Notes: generated by a model from the letters alone, not told the origin. Counted from the first letter of the stretch, positions 21,259-31,257 are shown. The stretch: 64,000 nt of DNA from Candidatus Daviesbacteria bacterium (GCA_016432425.1 CP066688.1:276368-340367); one strand, 5' to 3'. Made by a program: numbers and translations.

Positions 21259-21906
21259 ATGCCGTATAGATTAATCCCTTTCACTAACCAAAACTTCTAT
21301 CATATTTATAATCGTGGGGTTGAGAAAAGAAAAATTTTCTCTTCTGAAAGAAACTACCAACGTTTCCTTCAAGCTCTTTACTATTATCAATTCAGCGGTC
21401 CCAAACCACGCTTCTCTACTTACAACAGATTTCATCTAAAAGAATTTAATAAAAATCCGAAAATTGTCGATATTATCTGTTACTGCCTTATGCCTAACCA
21501 CTTTCACTTATTAGTTAGGCAACTAAGTAAAAATGGAATACAAGAATTTATGAGTAAAATCCTAAACAGCTATACCAAATACTATAATACAAAAAATAAA
21601 AGGGTTGGTCCTTTGTTTCAAGGCACATTTAAGGCTGTAAGTATAGATTCAGATGAACAGCTTTTACACTTGTCACGTTACATCCACTTAAACCCGTATG
21701 TTTCTGATCTAGTAAAAGATTTATCAAATTATTATTATTCCTCTTATCATGAATTCCTAGATTCTACAAAACAACTAGTCTGTATTACACAACCTATTTT
21801 AGATTTTTTCCCCAGAAAAGATGGTTACAAAAAATTTATTAATAACCAACAAGATTACGGTAAAACTCTACATCAAATTAAAGATGCATTAATTGACGAG
21901 GATTAA
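21259..21906 (+). CDS. tnpA: HuH tyrosine (Y1) transposase, IS200/RAYT-like
   Basis: 215 aa with HuH motif CLMPNHFHLLV and YIHLNPYV with catalytic Tyr. N-terminal YHIYNRG. Confidence 0.8.
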   Translation: MPYRLIPFTNQNFYHIYNRGVEKRKIFSSERNYQRFLQALYYYQFSGPKPRFSTYNRFHLKEFNKNPKIVDIICYCLMPNHFHLLVRQLSKNGIQEFMSKILNSYTKYYNTKNKRVGPLFQGTFKAVSIDSDEQLLHLSRYIHLNPYVSDLVKDLSNYYYSSYHEFLDSTKQLVCITQPILDFFPRKDGYKKFINNQQDYGKTLHQIKDALIDED

Positions 21907-21932
21907 TATCACACCCCCGAGGTGTGATATTA
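21906..21932 (+). repeat. Right terminal hairpin of the IS200/RAYT-like element
   Basis: Identical 27-mer starting at the tnpA stop codon. Confidence 0.7.
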
Positions 21933-21971
21933 GAATAATCTTGCTGGCATAAAATATCTTTATAATGGAAA

Positions 21972-22247
21972 CTAGCTACGCTTGAAAAATCTTTTTTGAA
22001 GAACCGGAGGTTTTTTTATTTGCCCCGATTTAATCTGAACTTGATTTACTCGTAGAGAAGCTTTGCTTACTCGCAGAGAAGCTTTGCTTACTTTTTCCAC
22101 CACCTCCTCATTACCTATTACCACATTGAACCTGTCTAAAGCTTTCTTTAAATCTTTTAAAATAAAAAACACTTGTACTCCGGTGATAGAGAGGAAAATT
22201 CCTAAGACAATGATTAATAAAATTAAGGCAATTGATAAAAAATCCAT
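21972..22247 (-). CDS. Small membrane protein with internal 21-bp tandem duplication
   Basis: 91 aa, N-terminal TM. VSKASLRVSKASLRV arises from the tandem repeat at 22046-22092. Confidence 0.35.
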   Translation of the reverse strand: MDFLSIALILLIIVLGIFLSITGVQVFFILKDLKKALDRFNVVIGNEEVVEKVSKASLRVSKASLRVNQVQIKSGQIKKPPVLQKRFFKRS

Positions 22248-22262
22248 TAGATTATATTAACA

Positions 22263-22901
22263 TCATTGCTGCAAAAAAACAGTCCGTTTAATTAGTGTTG
22301 ATTTCCCGGACTTACTAGTGGCTGTAACAGTAATGGTATTGCTGCTGCCTTCCAATTGGATTTCTTGCGAGAAACCACCATTGGGAGAAACATTAATTTG
22401 TTGATCATTAATGGTAACTTGATCTTCTGGATCAGTTTTCCCGACCACCCTCACTGTGGGGCTGCTGACAGTAATTTTATCTTGGGGGGAATCTACTTCC
22501 AAAAATGGAGCGGAGGTCAAGAAACGGTATTCAAACCAAAGATAGGTAAAAAATACTAAAATTAAAAATATGACTACTCCAGAAATTACTTTGGTGGGAG
22601 TCAAGGAAAATTTTTTCTTGTCCACCGGATTAGAAAAAGATTCCAGGACTCGGGGAGGATTTTTAACATCAGAAAACTCCCGCCGGAAAATAGCCAACAA
22701 CTTTTCGCTATCCAGTTTTAAAAACCGGGCGTAATTTTTAATAAAACCTTGAATAAAAGTCGGTGGTGGCAGTTTTTCAAAATCATCATTTTCTAAAGCT
22801 TCCAGTAGTTCTTTGCGGATTTTAGTGGCTTTTTCGATCTCTTCCAGAGAGTAAAATTTTTTTTCCCGTTCTTCTTTAAGGATTTGTCCCACAGTTCTCA
22901 T
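22263..22901 (-). CDS. rodZ: RodZ-like cytoskeleton protein (HTH + TM)
   Basis: XRE-type HTH MRTVGQILKEEREKKFYSLEEIEKATKIRKELLEALE, then TM VISGVVIFLILVFF. ATG at 22901 preferred. Confidence 0.6.
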   Translation of the reverse strand: MRTVGQILKEEREKKFYSLEEIEKATKIRKELLEALENDDFEKLPPPTFIQGFIKNYARFLKLDSEKLLAIFRREFSDVKNPPRVLESFSNPVDKKKFSLTPTKVISGVVIFLILVFFTYLWFEYRFLTSAPFLEVDSPQDKITVSSPTVRVVGKTDPEDQVTINDQQINVSPNGGFSQEIQLEGSSNTITVTATSKSGKSTLIKRTVFLQQ

Positions 22902-22945
22902 AGCTGTGAAATTATACAATATCCAGTTGATTTTATTTAACTTAA

Positions 22946-23407
22946 ATGCTTCAATACAATCAAATTATGCTTACAGAGAAAGAAGCCGCCTACTATATTG
23001 ATAGAGTATTTTCTGCAGCATATCAAAAACTGCGAAAAGGTAAAAAACCAGGTGAATTTAGCTGGGATAAAATTATTATAGATCAGACAGAATTTAACTT
23101 AAACGGATTAGCGCTTAGAGCTGGAGAAGACCCTTTAAATGGACGCAATTCTTTAACTGTAGATGACTACTGCAGAAACAGTCTTCCTTGGTCTATTATA
23201 TTTGTAAAACATATTAAATTTGAAGGCGATCAACCAATAAAAAGACACTATTATTACGATATTATCTTTGATACAACTTCAGTAGTACACTATGGAAATA
23301 AAGAACCATGGAATATAGCCTTGAAGTTAGGTTTCAAAAATGAACTTGATCATTTACTAAAACTAATTTCTCCCAATAATGAGCGCAGAGAACTGTCTAC
23401 TAATTAA
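22946..23407 (+). CDS. Hypothetical protein (153 aa), convergent with ftsK
   Basis: Plus-strand ORF in a low-GC region. The two 3' ends overlap by 4 nt. No motif recognised. Confidence 0.4.
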   Translation: MLQYNQIMLTEKEAAYYIDRVFSAAYQKLRKGKKPGEFSWDKIIIDQTEFNLNGLALRAGEDPLNGRNSLTVDDYCRNSLPWSIIFVKHIKFEGDQPIKRHYYYDIIFDTTSVVHYGNKEPWNIALKLGFKNELDHLLKLISPNNERRELSTN

Positions 23408-25515
23408 TTTTGGGTTGCTCCACCGGTTCTTTGATTTAAATATTCTTCTGCATTTCTGACCAGCACATCCCGCGGTTTGGCTCCCTCCCCCACTCCCACA
23501 ATTCCCGCTTCTTCCAGCTCATCTAAAATCCGGGCCGCTCTGGCATAACCAATGCGCAGTCTCCGCTGCAACAGTGAAGCGCTGGCCCGATCGTATTGGC
23601 AAACCGTTCGAACTGCCTCTTCAAATAAATCATCTTCTTCACCACCACCGCCATTTCTACTCCCAATTCTACCGAGCGGCATTTCAGTAACTTCGGTCGT
23701 ATATTGTGGGGCAATCCCTAAATCTTTTAAGTATTTAATTAAATTATTCAGCTCAGCATCTTGAACAAATACTCCCTGAATTCGCATTGGTTTACTGGCA
23801 TCTGGTGGTAGAAAAAGCATGTCACCCCGACCCAGTAGTTTTTCAGCTCCCGGAGTATCTAAAATTACCCGGGAATCAATCATGGAAGAAACATTAAAAG
23901 CAATCCGGCAGGGAATATTGGCTTTAATTAAACCGGTGATTACATCTACACTGGGCCGCTGGGTAGCCACCACCAAATGAATGCCGGTGGCCCGGGCTAA
24001 CTGGGCAATTCTGGTAATGGCATCCTCTACTTCCACTGGGGCGAACATCATCAAATCCGCTAACTCATCCACCAAAATCACAATATAGGGCAAGGCCTGG
24101 AAACCAGACATCTCATTATAACCGGCAATGTTTCGAACTCCCACTGACTGAAATAGTTTGTAACGGCGATCCATTTCTGCCATTGCCCATTTTAGGGCCG
24201 AAAGGATTTTTTCCGGCTCGGTAATTACTGGAGTCAAGAGGTGTGGAATTCCGTTAAAGTTAGTTAACTCTACACGTTTGGGATCAATCAAAATTAATTT
24301 GAGCTCATCCGGAGAATTTCGAAAAAGTAGAGATGCGATAAAAGAGTTGACCAAAACTGATTTACCGGAACCGGTGGTCCCGGCCACCAATACATGAGGC
24401 ATTCGGTCAATATCTACCACCAATGGTTTAGAAGAGGTGTCACGACCCAAAGCTACTGCCAATTTAGATTTGTGTTTGGACATCTCATCTGAAGATAAAA
24501 CTTGTTTCAGCCCCACCACCTCCAGGGAGCGATTAGGAACTTCAATTCCCACCAAAGATTTTCCCGGAATAGGGGCTTCAATTCTGACTGTACCGGTGGG
24601 AGTAGCTAAAGCCAAAGCCAAGTCGTGTTGCAGATTAGCGATTTTAGAAATTTTAGTGCCGGCTGAAATTTCCAGAGCATATTGGGTTACGGCCGGTCCA
24701 CCGTTTACTTCGGCTACTTTGGCGGCAACACCAAACGATTCCAAAGTTTTTTCGATAATGGCGGCGGATTTTTTAACATCTCCCCGCTCAGCAGCAGAAC
24801 CTACCTTATCTGAAAGTAGCGACAAAGGCGGATATTTCCAAACCCGAGTTTGCCCAGCCACATTTTGCACTAACTGGTCAGCCATTAAAGCTTCGGGTAC
24901 TGCAGTTGTTTTAGTAGCCGGTTTATTAGCCCGGCCTTCTTCCATTCCCGAAATCCTAATCGGCATATTTTTAACTTCAAAGCTTTTTTGGCGGCTAAAA
25001 ATTGGCTTAAAAATTTTGTTAGAAATCAACTCATAAATTTTGGCAAACAAAGCAAATATTTGTCCCAGGGAAGTATTAAATAGTACCACCAAACCCACCA
25101 AAAATACTCCCGACAGCACCAGCACTGCCCCGGGGTTGGTCACAAACTGAGACAGTTGCAGCCATAAATTAAGACCAATATCACCAGCTAAGGCGCTACT
25201 GACTGCCCCGGTTAATCCCGCCAGTGACAATACTATTAAAATTAATCCCAACAGGACATTAGTCTGAGCGAAACTCCATTTCACTTTTTGTAGCACTAGC
25301 CCGGATAAAATTAAAATAAGGGGAGCAAAATAATAGGTCCAGCCCAAAAGTTGGTAAAGAAACTCTCGCCAAAACTCTAAATAAGCAGCATCAGTGACAA
25401 TGGAGACTGCTGAAAGCCCTGCCAAAACAAAAGCCACCAAAGAGGCCACTGCATTAATGGTTTTGGTCTTTAATTTTAATCTGGGCATGCTGTAAATTGA
25501 TCTTCTGCGGGGCAT
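23404..25515 (-). CDS. ftsK: DNA translocase FtsK/SpoIIIE
   Basis: 703 aa with N-terminal polytopic membrane domain, Walker A GTTGSGKSVLVN, and C-terminal winged-helix gamma domain. Confidence 0.9.
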   Translation of the reverse strand: MPRRRSIYSMPRLKLKTKTINAVASLVAFVLAGLSAVSIVTDAAYLEFWREFLYQLLGWTYYFAPLILILSGLVLQKVKWSFAQTNVLLGLILIVLSLAGLTGAVSSALAGDIGLNLWLQLSQFVTNPGAVLVLSGVFLVGLVVLFNTSLGQIFALFAKIYELISNKIFKPIFSRQKSFEVKNMPIRISGMEEGRANKPATKTTAVPEALMADQLVQNVAGQTRVWKYPPLSLLSDKVGSAAERGDVKKSAAIIEKTLESFGVAAKVAEVNGGPAVTQYALEISAGTKISKIANLQHDLALALATPTGTVRIEAPIPGKSLVGIEVPNRSLEVVGLKQVLSSDEMSKHKSKLAVALGRDTSSKPLVVDIDRMPHVLVAGTTGSGKSVLVNSFIASLLFRNSPDELKLILIDPKRVELTNFNGIPHLLTPVITEPEKILSALKWAMAEMDRRYKLFQSVGVRNIAGYNEMSGFQALPYIVILVDELADLMMFAPVEVEDAITRIAQLARATGIHLVVATQRPSVDVITGLIKANIPCRIAFNVSSMIDSRVILDTPGAEKLLGRGDMLFLPPDASKPMRIQGVFVQDAELNNLIKYLKDLGIAPQYTTEVTEMPLGRIGSRNGGGGEEDDLFEEAVRTVCQYDRASASLLQRRLRIGYARAARILDELEEAGIVGVGEGAKPRDVLVRNAEEYLNQRTGGATQN

Positions 25516-25591
25516 TTTACTCTCTAATTATACCATACACTATAAGATATTTTACTGGGTAAAATTCTTTAGTACTTCGTACTTGTGGTTA

Positions 25592-27283
25592 TTATACTTC
25601 CACTATTACTGGTAGAATTAAGGGCCTCCTTTCCGTAATTTTATAAAAATATTCTCCTAAATTATTTTCGATATTGTGCCGGATAAAACGCCAATCAGCT
25701 ATTACCTTGCTATCCTTGGCCAAAGCTGCACTCACAATTTTCTTGGCTTCTTCCAGTAACTCTGCCGAGGTTTTTTCAAAAACAAATCCCCGGGAAAGAA
25801 TATCAATTTCCCCTTCTAAATGACCACTGTTTTGATCCACCGGTACCACCACAATTACTACGCCGTCTTCGCTCATCACTTGGCGATCGCGCAAGACCAC
25901 ACTACCTATATCACCAATCCCCAATCCGTCTACAAAAACATTCTTGGCCTCTACTTTTCCATCTTGGCTCACCCTATCTTTACTTACTACCAACACATCC
26001 CCATCTTCCGGTATTAAAATTTTATCCTTAGCATACCCCATCTCTTGAAACATACTGGCAAAAACTTTCATATGCCGAAAAGTACCGCCAATAGGCAGTA
26101 AATACTCCGGTTTAATTAAATTAACCATTAATTTAAGCTCATCAGAGGCGCCGTGCCCCGAAACATGCAAATCAGAGGTAATGGCAGAATAATAAACGTC
26201 AATATTCTGGCGGGTCAGGGAGTCAATCAGGGCATTTTGGGCTGATTCAGTGGAAGGAATGGGATCAGCGCTAAATAACACCGCATCCCCTGGCATTAGC
26301 TTAACTTGTTTATGTTCACCATTGGCCGCTCGGGAGAGTGAGGATCCTGGTTGACCCTGCGCTCCCGCAATTAAAACCAGCACTTTGCTCGCTGCATAAG
26401 ATTTAATAGCTTCAGATGCAATCACCACTCCCGGGGGAATATGCAGATAGCCTAAATCACGCGCTACTTGAAAGTTATTTTCAAAACTGCGCCCAGCCAA
26501 AGCTACTTTACGACCACTGCGATAAGCGACATTAATGGCCTGCTGCATTCGGGAAACATTGGTAGAAACTGTAGTAACCAAAAGTTTGCCTTTAGTTTCC
26601 AGGGCGGCTTTTTCAAAAGTGGCCTCAATTGATTTTTCTGATTTATTAAAACCGGGTTTTTCCACTCGCAAACAATCAATTAGCAGTAATTTAACTCCCT
26701 CTGCCCCCAGTCTGGCTGCAGTGGAAACATCCGTCACCTGGCCGGAAACCGGGGTCCAGTCAATCTTAAAATCAGCCTGGTGGATGATTGTTCCTATTGG
26801 TGTTTTAATAACTATGCCAGTGGAGTCCGGCACTGAATGAGATACTTGATAAAAAGAAATTGTAAAGGCTCCTAGTTTCAAAACATCATCTAATTTAGTT
26901 TCAAAAATTTTGTCTTTGGGTAAGTTATGCTCAGTAAATTTGGCGCGAATAAAACCAGCTGTCAGCCTTTGTGTATAAATTGGCACTTGCAACTCTGGCC
27001 AGATAAAGGGTAACCCTCCGATATGGTCATCATGACCGTGGGTAATAATAATCGCCCTAATTTTTTCTTTTTTAGTGCGCAGATAAGTAATATCCGGTAT
27101 TACCAAATCTACTCCCGGCATAGCTTCATCAGGGAAGCCCACCCCGCAATCAACGATAATAATATCGTTATCCAACTCATAAACATACATATTTTTAGTT
27201 ACATCACCCACTCCTCCCAAAGGGATCAGTTTCAAAGCTTGACTTTTCTGATTTAAGCTAAATTTTGGCGCAAAAGATTTCAT
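25592..27283 (-). CDS. rnj: Ribonuclease J (beta-CASP metallo-beta-lactamase)
   Basis: 563 aa with HGHDDHIGG motif, beta-CASP and C-terminal domains. Confidence 0.9.
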   Translation of the reverse strand: MKSFAPKFSLNQKSQALKLIPLGGVGDVTKNMYVYELDNDIIIVDCGVGFPDEAMPGVDLVIPDITYLRTKKEKIRAIIITHGHDDHIGGLPFIWPELQVPIYTQRLTAGFIRAKFTEHNLPKDKIFETKLDDVLKLGAFTISFYQVSHSVPDSTGIVIKTPIGTIIHQADFKIDWTPVSGQVTDVSTAARLGAEGVKLLLIDCLRVEKPGFNKSEKSIEATFEKAALETKGKLLVTTVSTNVSRMQQAINVAYRSGRKVALAGRSFENNFQVARDLGYLHIPPGVVIASEAIKSYAASKVLVLIAGAQGQPGSSLSRAANGEHKQVKLMPGDAVLFSADPIPSTESAQNALIDSLTRQNIDVYYSAITSDLHVSGHGASDELKLMVNLIKPEYLLPIGGTFRHMKVFASMFQEMGYAKDKILIPEDGDVLVVSKDRVSQDGKVEAKNVFVDGLGIGDIGSVVLRDRQVMSEDGVVIVVVPVDQNSGHLEGEIDILSRGFVFEKTSAELLEEAKKIVSAALAKDSKVIADWRFIRHNIENNLGEYFYKITERRPLILPVIVEV

Positions 27284-28299
27284 ACTCCTAAATATTCTCC
27301 CACATTTTGACTGGTAATTTTAAATGGACCCGACTTTCCTTCTACTATTTCTTTAGCGACTTTGCGAGCTATGGTCGCCAAGGTGCGGGAAAGTGACCTG
27401 ATGCCTCCATCATAACCCAAAGGACGAATAATTTGGGGCCAGACCGTATCATCAATAGCTAGTTGTTGACCCACCCCTGATTCTTTAGTAATTTGCGGCA
27501 GCAAATAATTTTTGCCAATCATAATTTTTTCCTGATCAGAATAAATTGGCATCTGGATTGGCTCCAAACGGTCCAACACTGCCGTAGCTAAATTAGTGGT
27601 GTTATTAGCAGTAGCCACAAATAATACTTGGGACAAATCCACTGGAAAATCCAGGTAGTGATCAATAAAATGATTATTTTGAGCTGGATCTAGGAGTTCC
27701 ACCAATATTCCCATAATATCAAAACGGCTATTTTCGGCTACCCGATCAATCTCATCCAGTAAAATGACCGGATTTGCCACCCCCGCTTCTTTTATCCCTT
27801 TGACAATCAAACCTGGTTCTGCCTCTGCTATGAGTCGGGACTGACCCCGAATCATGGCCACCTCTCCCAAACCTCCAAAAGGAAGGCGGATAATTTTCCG
27901 GCCCAAACTTTCGGCAATCGAATAAGCCAACGACGTCTTACCGGTTCCCACCAACCCCACAAACAATAAAATCGGCGCATGAATTTGATTGGGGCTAACT
28001 TGTTTTTTCTGTAAAATTAACACTGATAAATATTCCAAAATTCTCTCTTTGACTCCCTGCAGGCCATAATGATTTTTATCTAAAATTTGCTTGGCCCGGT
28101 TTAAATCTAAAATATCCTGGCTAAACTTACCAAAAGGCAAGCTCAAACTAAAATTTATATAAGAAATTAATTTTTCTAACTCTATTCCCGTGCCAGGAGT
28201 CTGTAAGAGACCAGTTAATTTTTCTTTAATTTCCGCAGTAATGCTGGAGGATAAAATTTTTTGTTTTAAACTTATCTTACTATCTTGGGCAGAATCCAT
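27280..28299 (-). CDS. Lon-like AAA+ ATPase module without N-domain or S16 protease domain
   Basis: 339 aa. DKNHYGLQGVKERILEYL matches Lon DHYGLERVKDRILEYL. Walker A GLVGTGKTSLAYSIA, Walker B ILLDEIDR. The C-terminus GIRSLSR...NVGEYLGV stops where the Lon protease domain would begin. Tightly flanked by pnp and rnj. Confidence 0.7.
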   Translation of the reverse strand: MDSAQDSKISLKQKILSSSITAEIKEKLTGLLQTPGTGIELEKLISYINFSLSLPFGKFSQDILDLNRAKQILDKNHYGLQGVKERILEYLSVLILQKKQVSPNQIHAPILLFVGLVGTGKTSLAYSIAESLGRKIIRLPFGGLGEVAMIRGQSRLIAEAEPGLIVKGIKEAGVANPVILLDEIDRVAENSRFDIMGILVELLDPAQNNHFIDHYLDFPVDLSQVLFVATANNTTNLATAVLDRLEPIQMPIYSDQEKIMIGKNYLLPQITKESGVGQQLAIDDTVWPQIIRPLGYDGGIRSLSRTLATIARKVAKEIVEGKSGPFKITSQNVGEYLGV

Positions 28300-28314
28300 A
28301 AACTAATTCTACCA

Positions 28315-30648
28315 TTATCTATTGAATCCGCCGCGATTTCCACCTCGGGATCCCCCAAACCCGCCTCGGCTAAAACTTCTAGCTCTGCCTGGTCCACCGG
28401 GTCTTGGGCCTCTGGAAAAACCGCCTGATCGACCTCGATCTGAAAAAGATGGTCTGCCGCTTTCTCGGGGAGGTCCAGATCGACGATCAAATCTTCGAAC
28501 GCCGCCGCTTGGCCGACCCGCTTGGCCGGAGCGAAAGCGAGGCGAGCCTTCACTCTCTGGTTTTATGTCTGCCCCAAAAAGCATAGATAAACCAATTTTA
28601 CCTTCCGGAGAAACATCAGTCACTCTCACTTTTACCTCCTGTCCCTCAGATACTATATCTTCCGGTTTTTCTACTCTACCTGGAGCCATTTGGGAAACAT
28701 GGACTAACCCATCCTTACCCGGCACAATCTCTACAAAAGCGCCAAAAGGAGCTAACCTAACCACTTTCCCGGTATAGATTTCTCCCACGGCTACTTTTTT
28801 AAACATGGCCTCTATTACTGAAACCGCCTTGTCAATCGCTTCCTGAGAGGTGGAAGATACCATCACAGTACCATCATCTTCTACATCAACTTGAGCACCG
28901 GTCCGCGAGATAATACCGTTAATATTTTTTCCACCCGGGCCAATCAAGGCGCCGATCTCTGATTGTTCAATGTGCAAAATCGCAATCTTAGGAGCATGAA
29001 TTGACAGTTTTCCCACCCCTGAAATCACTTCATTCATTTTCCCCAAGATAAACTCTCGGGCCTTTTTACCTTGGCTGAGCGCTTCTTGAATAATTTCAAA
29101 AGTTAATCCTTCTAATTTAGTGTCCATTTGTATTGCCGTAATACCGTTTTTGGTACCGGAAACTTTGAAATCCATCTCACCATAAAAGTCCTCCACTGCC
29201 CGCATATCTGTAATGACCTGAAATTTTTGCTCGTTAGAAAGCAGCCCCAAGGCCACCCCTGCCACCGGCTCTTTTAAAGGCACTCCCGCATCAAGCAAAG
29301 CCAGTGTGGAAGCACAAAGTGAAGCCATAGAGGTGGAGGCATTGGCTGCCAAAACTTCTGATACTACTCTAATGGCATAAGGAAAATTTTCTTTATCAGG
29401 AATAACATAACTTAAGGCTTTCTCTACCATGGCTCCATGTCCGGTATCGCGCCGATTGGGAGAACCAATTCTTTTAACTTCTCCTGTGGAGAAAGGATTG
29501 ATACTCATATTGTAATGGTGCATAAATCTTTTTTTCTCTTCTCCTGCCATCCCTTCAATGGTTTGCTGTAGGGAAGCTGCTCCTAAAGTAACTACCGACA
29601 AAACTTGAGTATCACCCCGCTGAAACATAGCTGAACCATGGGTGCGGGGCAGGAGTTCCACTTCCGCGGTAATCGGACGGACTTCATCCATCGCCCGATC
29701 ATCCACTCTAACTCCTTTATTTAAGATGGTCTCATTCATAATCTCTTTGGCGGCTTTATCAAACACCCGGGAGACCATTTGGGGAGTTAAAACTTCAGAG
29801 TATTTAGCGGCCAGATCTTCTTTAATCATGTCTCCGGTGGCTTCGTGCCAAGCATGTTCTTTGTCAAAAAGAGCCGTTTCAATTTTCTCGTGCGCTAATT
29901 TTTTAACCTCTGCCAAAAGCGCTTCTTCTACCTCTTCAGCCACAGTGGAATAAGTTTGTTTTTCCTTACCAGCTTCTTTGGCAAACTCTTCAATAAAGTC
30001 AATTACTGACTGGGAGTGCTGGTGAGCTTCCTGGATAGCCTTGAACATTACTTCTTCCGTTACCTGGTTTCCCCCCGCCTCGATCATGACGACTTTTTCG
30101 CGGGTGGAAGCTACCAAAAGATCTAAATCCAAATGCTCCATCTCGTTCTGCTGTGGATTGACCACGAAAGTACCATCTTTCTCACCAATTCTGGCTCCTC
30201 CCAAAGGCCCATGCCAAGGCACACTGGAAATAGAAAGAGCAGCTGAGGTACCAATCAATCCCACTATATCGGGATCGTTTAACTGATCAATGGATAAAAT
30301 AGTAATGATTACTTGGACTTCCGTTTGAAAATCTTTGGGAAAGAGAGGCCTAATGGAGCGGTCAATTAACCGACCAGTTAAAATTGCTTCCTCAGAAGGT
30401 CTTGTTTCCCTTTTAATAAATTTAGAGGAAGAAATCCGGCCACCGGCATAATATTTTTCCACATATTCTACCGATAGCGGAAAATGGCCAGTAGCTTCTA
30501 CTGTAGGTTTAGTGGCCACTGTTACTAAAGCCACTGTTTCTCCCAAAGTGACTACCACTGATGAGTCAGCCTGCAGGGCAAATTTACCAGTCTCTAATTT
30601 CAGTTTTCGACCATTAAGATCGATTTCTTTTGTTATAACTTTATTCAT
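28315..30648 (-). CDS. pnp: Polyribonucleotide nucleotidyltransferase (PNPase) with RGG-rich C-terminal tail
   Basis: 777 aa with two RNase PH domains, KH and S1 domains, then an ~85-aa tail RFRSGQAGRPSGGVRRFDRRSGPPRESGRPSFSDRGRSGGFSRGPRPGG...RGGNRGGFNR. Confidence 0.92.
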   Translation of the reverse strand: MNKVITKEIDLNGRKLKLETGKFALQADSSVVVTLGETVALVTVATKPTVEATGHFPLSVEYVEKYYAGGRISSSKFIKRETRPSEEAILTGRLIDRSIRPLFPKDFQTEVQVIITILSIDQLNDPDIVGLIGTSAALSISSVPWHGPLGGARIGEKDGTFVVNPQQNEMEHLDLDLLVASTREKVVMIEAGGNQVTEEVMFKAIQEAHQHSQSVIDFIEEFAKEAGKEKQTYSTVAEEVEEALLAEVKKLAHEKIETALFDKEHAWHEATGDMIKEDLAAKYSEVLTPQMVSRVFDKAAKEIMNETILNKGVRVDDRAMDEVRPITAEVELLPRTHGSAMFQRGDTQVLSVVTLGAASLQQTIEGMAGEEKKRFMHHYNMSINPFSTGEVKRIGSPNRRDTGHGAMVEKALSYVIPDKENFPYAIRVVSEVLAANASTSMASLCASTLALLDAGVPLKEPVAGVALGLLSNEQKFQVITDMRAVEDFYGEMDFKVSGTKNGITAIQMDTKLEGLTFEIIQEALSQGKKAREFILGKMNEVISGVGKLSIHAPKIAILHIEQSEIGALIGPGGKNINGIISRTGAQVDVEDDGTVMVSSTSQEAIDKAVSVIEAMFKKVAVGEIYTGKVVRLAPFGAFVEIVPGKDGLVHVSQMAPGRVEKPEDIVSEGQEVKVRVTDVSPEGKIGLSMLFGADIKPESEGSPRFRSGQAGRPSGGVRRFDRRSGPPRESGRPSFSDRGRSGGFSRGPRPGGPGRARSFSRGGFGGSRGGNRGGFNR

Positions 30649-30893
30649 AAAATAATATTCTTCTAGTGTAGCGAGAAGTTCTCACTACGTTTGAACAATA
30701 AATTCTTGCGGAGTTTGGAAACTGTATAAGAAGTAATTAGTCGAGCTAATTCTTTCTTTGCAATCCCCAAAACTCCTTAACTTACTTAATTTTTTATTTT
30801 CCACCCTTCATAACTTTTCTTATTCTAACGTGCCAAACCCAATTTTTCAATGACTAATTTATGTTAGCGAAGCTAACTCAAGATTGTCACGGA

Positions 30894-31163
30894 TTATCTT
30901 GATAATCCGAGCTTTTCTATGACAAGCTTATACCTTGCTTCTTCTTTTTTGGCTAGATACTGCAGTAATCTTCTTCTTTTGTTGACCATGGAAAGCAGTC
31001 CTCTTCGTGAATGCACATCATGAGGGTGCTCTTTTAAATGAGCTGTCAGATTTTTAATCTGTTCTGTCAGCAGCGCCACTTGCACTTCCGGAGAACCGGT
31101 ATCACCTTTTTTGGTGGCAAACTCTTTTATTATCTCTTGTTTCTTTTTAGTATCTAGTGGCAT
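30894..31163 (-). CDS. rpsO: 30S ribosomal protein S15
   Basis: 89 aa, ...[29 protein letters not shown]. Confidence 0.9.
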   Translation of the reverse strand: MPLDTKKKQEIIKEFATKKGDTGSPEVQVALLTEQIKNLTAHLKEHPHDVHSRRGLLSMVNKRRRLLQYLAKKEEARYKLVIEKLGLSR

Positions 31164-31257
31164 CTTTACTCCTTAAAGATCCAACCTCGGTGCCAAGACG
31201 TTGTTCTTTGTTGGGCCCAAGTATAACAGAAATTATAAAGATATGCAACCGCTTTAA

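Larger units (their letters stand above)
21225..21932 (+). mobile_element. IS200/IS605-family or REP-associated (RAYT) single-ORF element, 708 bp
   Basis: A Y1 HuH transposase gene is bounded by two identical 27-bp copies of ATATCACACCCCCGAGGTGTGATATTA (10-bp perfect stem, 5-nt loop). Confidence 0.65.

Noticed and set aside
28272-28553. 93-aa minus-strand ORF overlapping the 3' end of pnp
   Set aside because: Alternative frame across the GC-rich RGG-coding tail of PNPase, so a compositional artefact.
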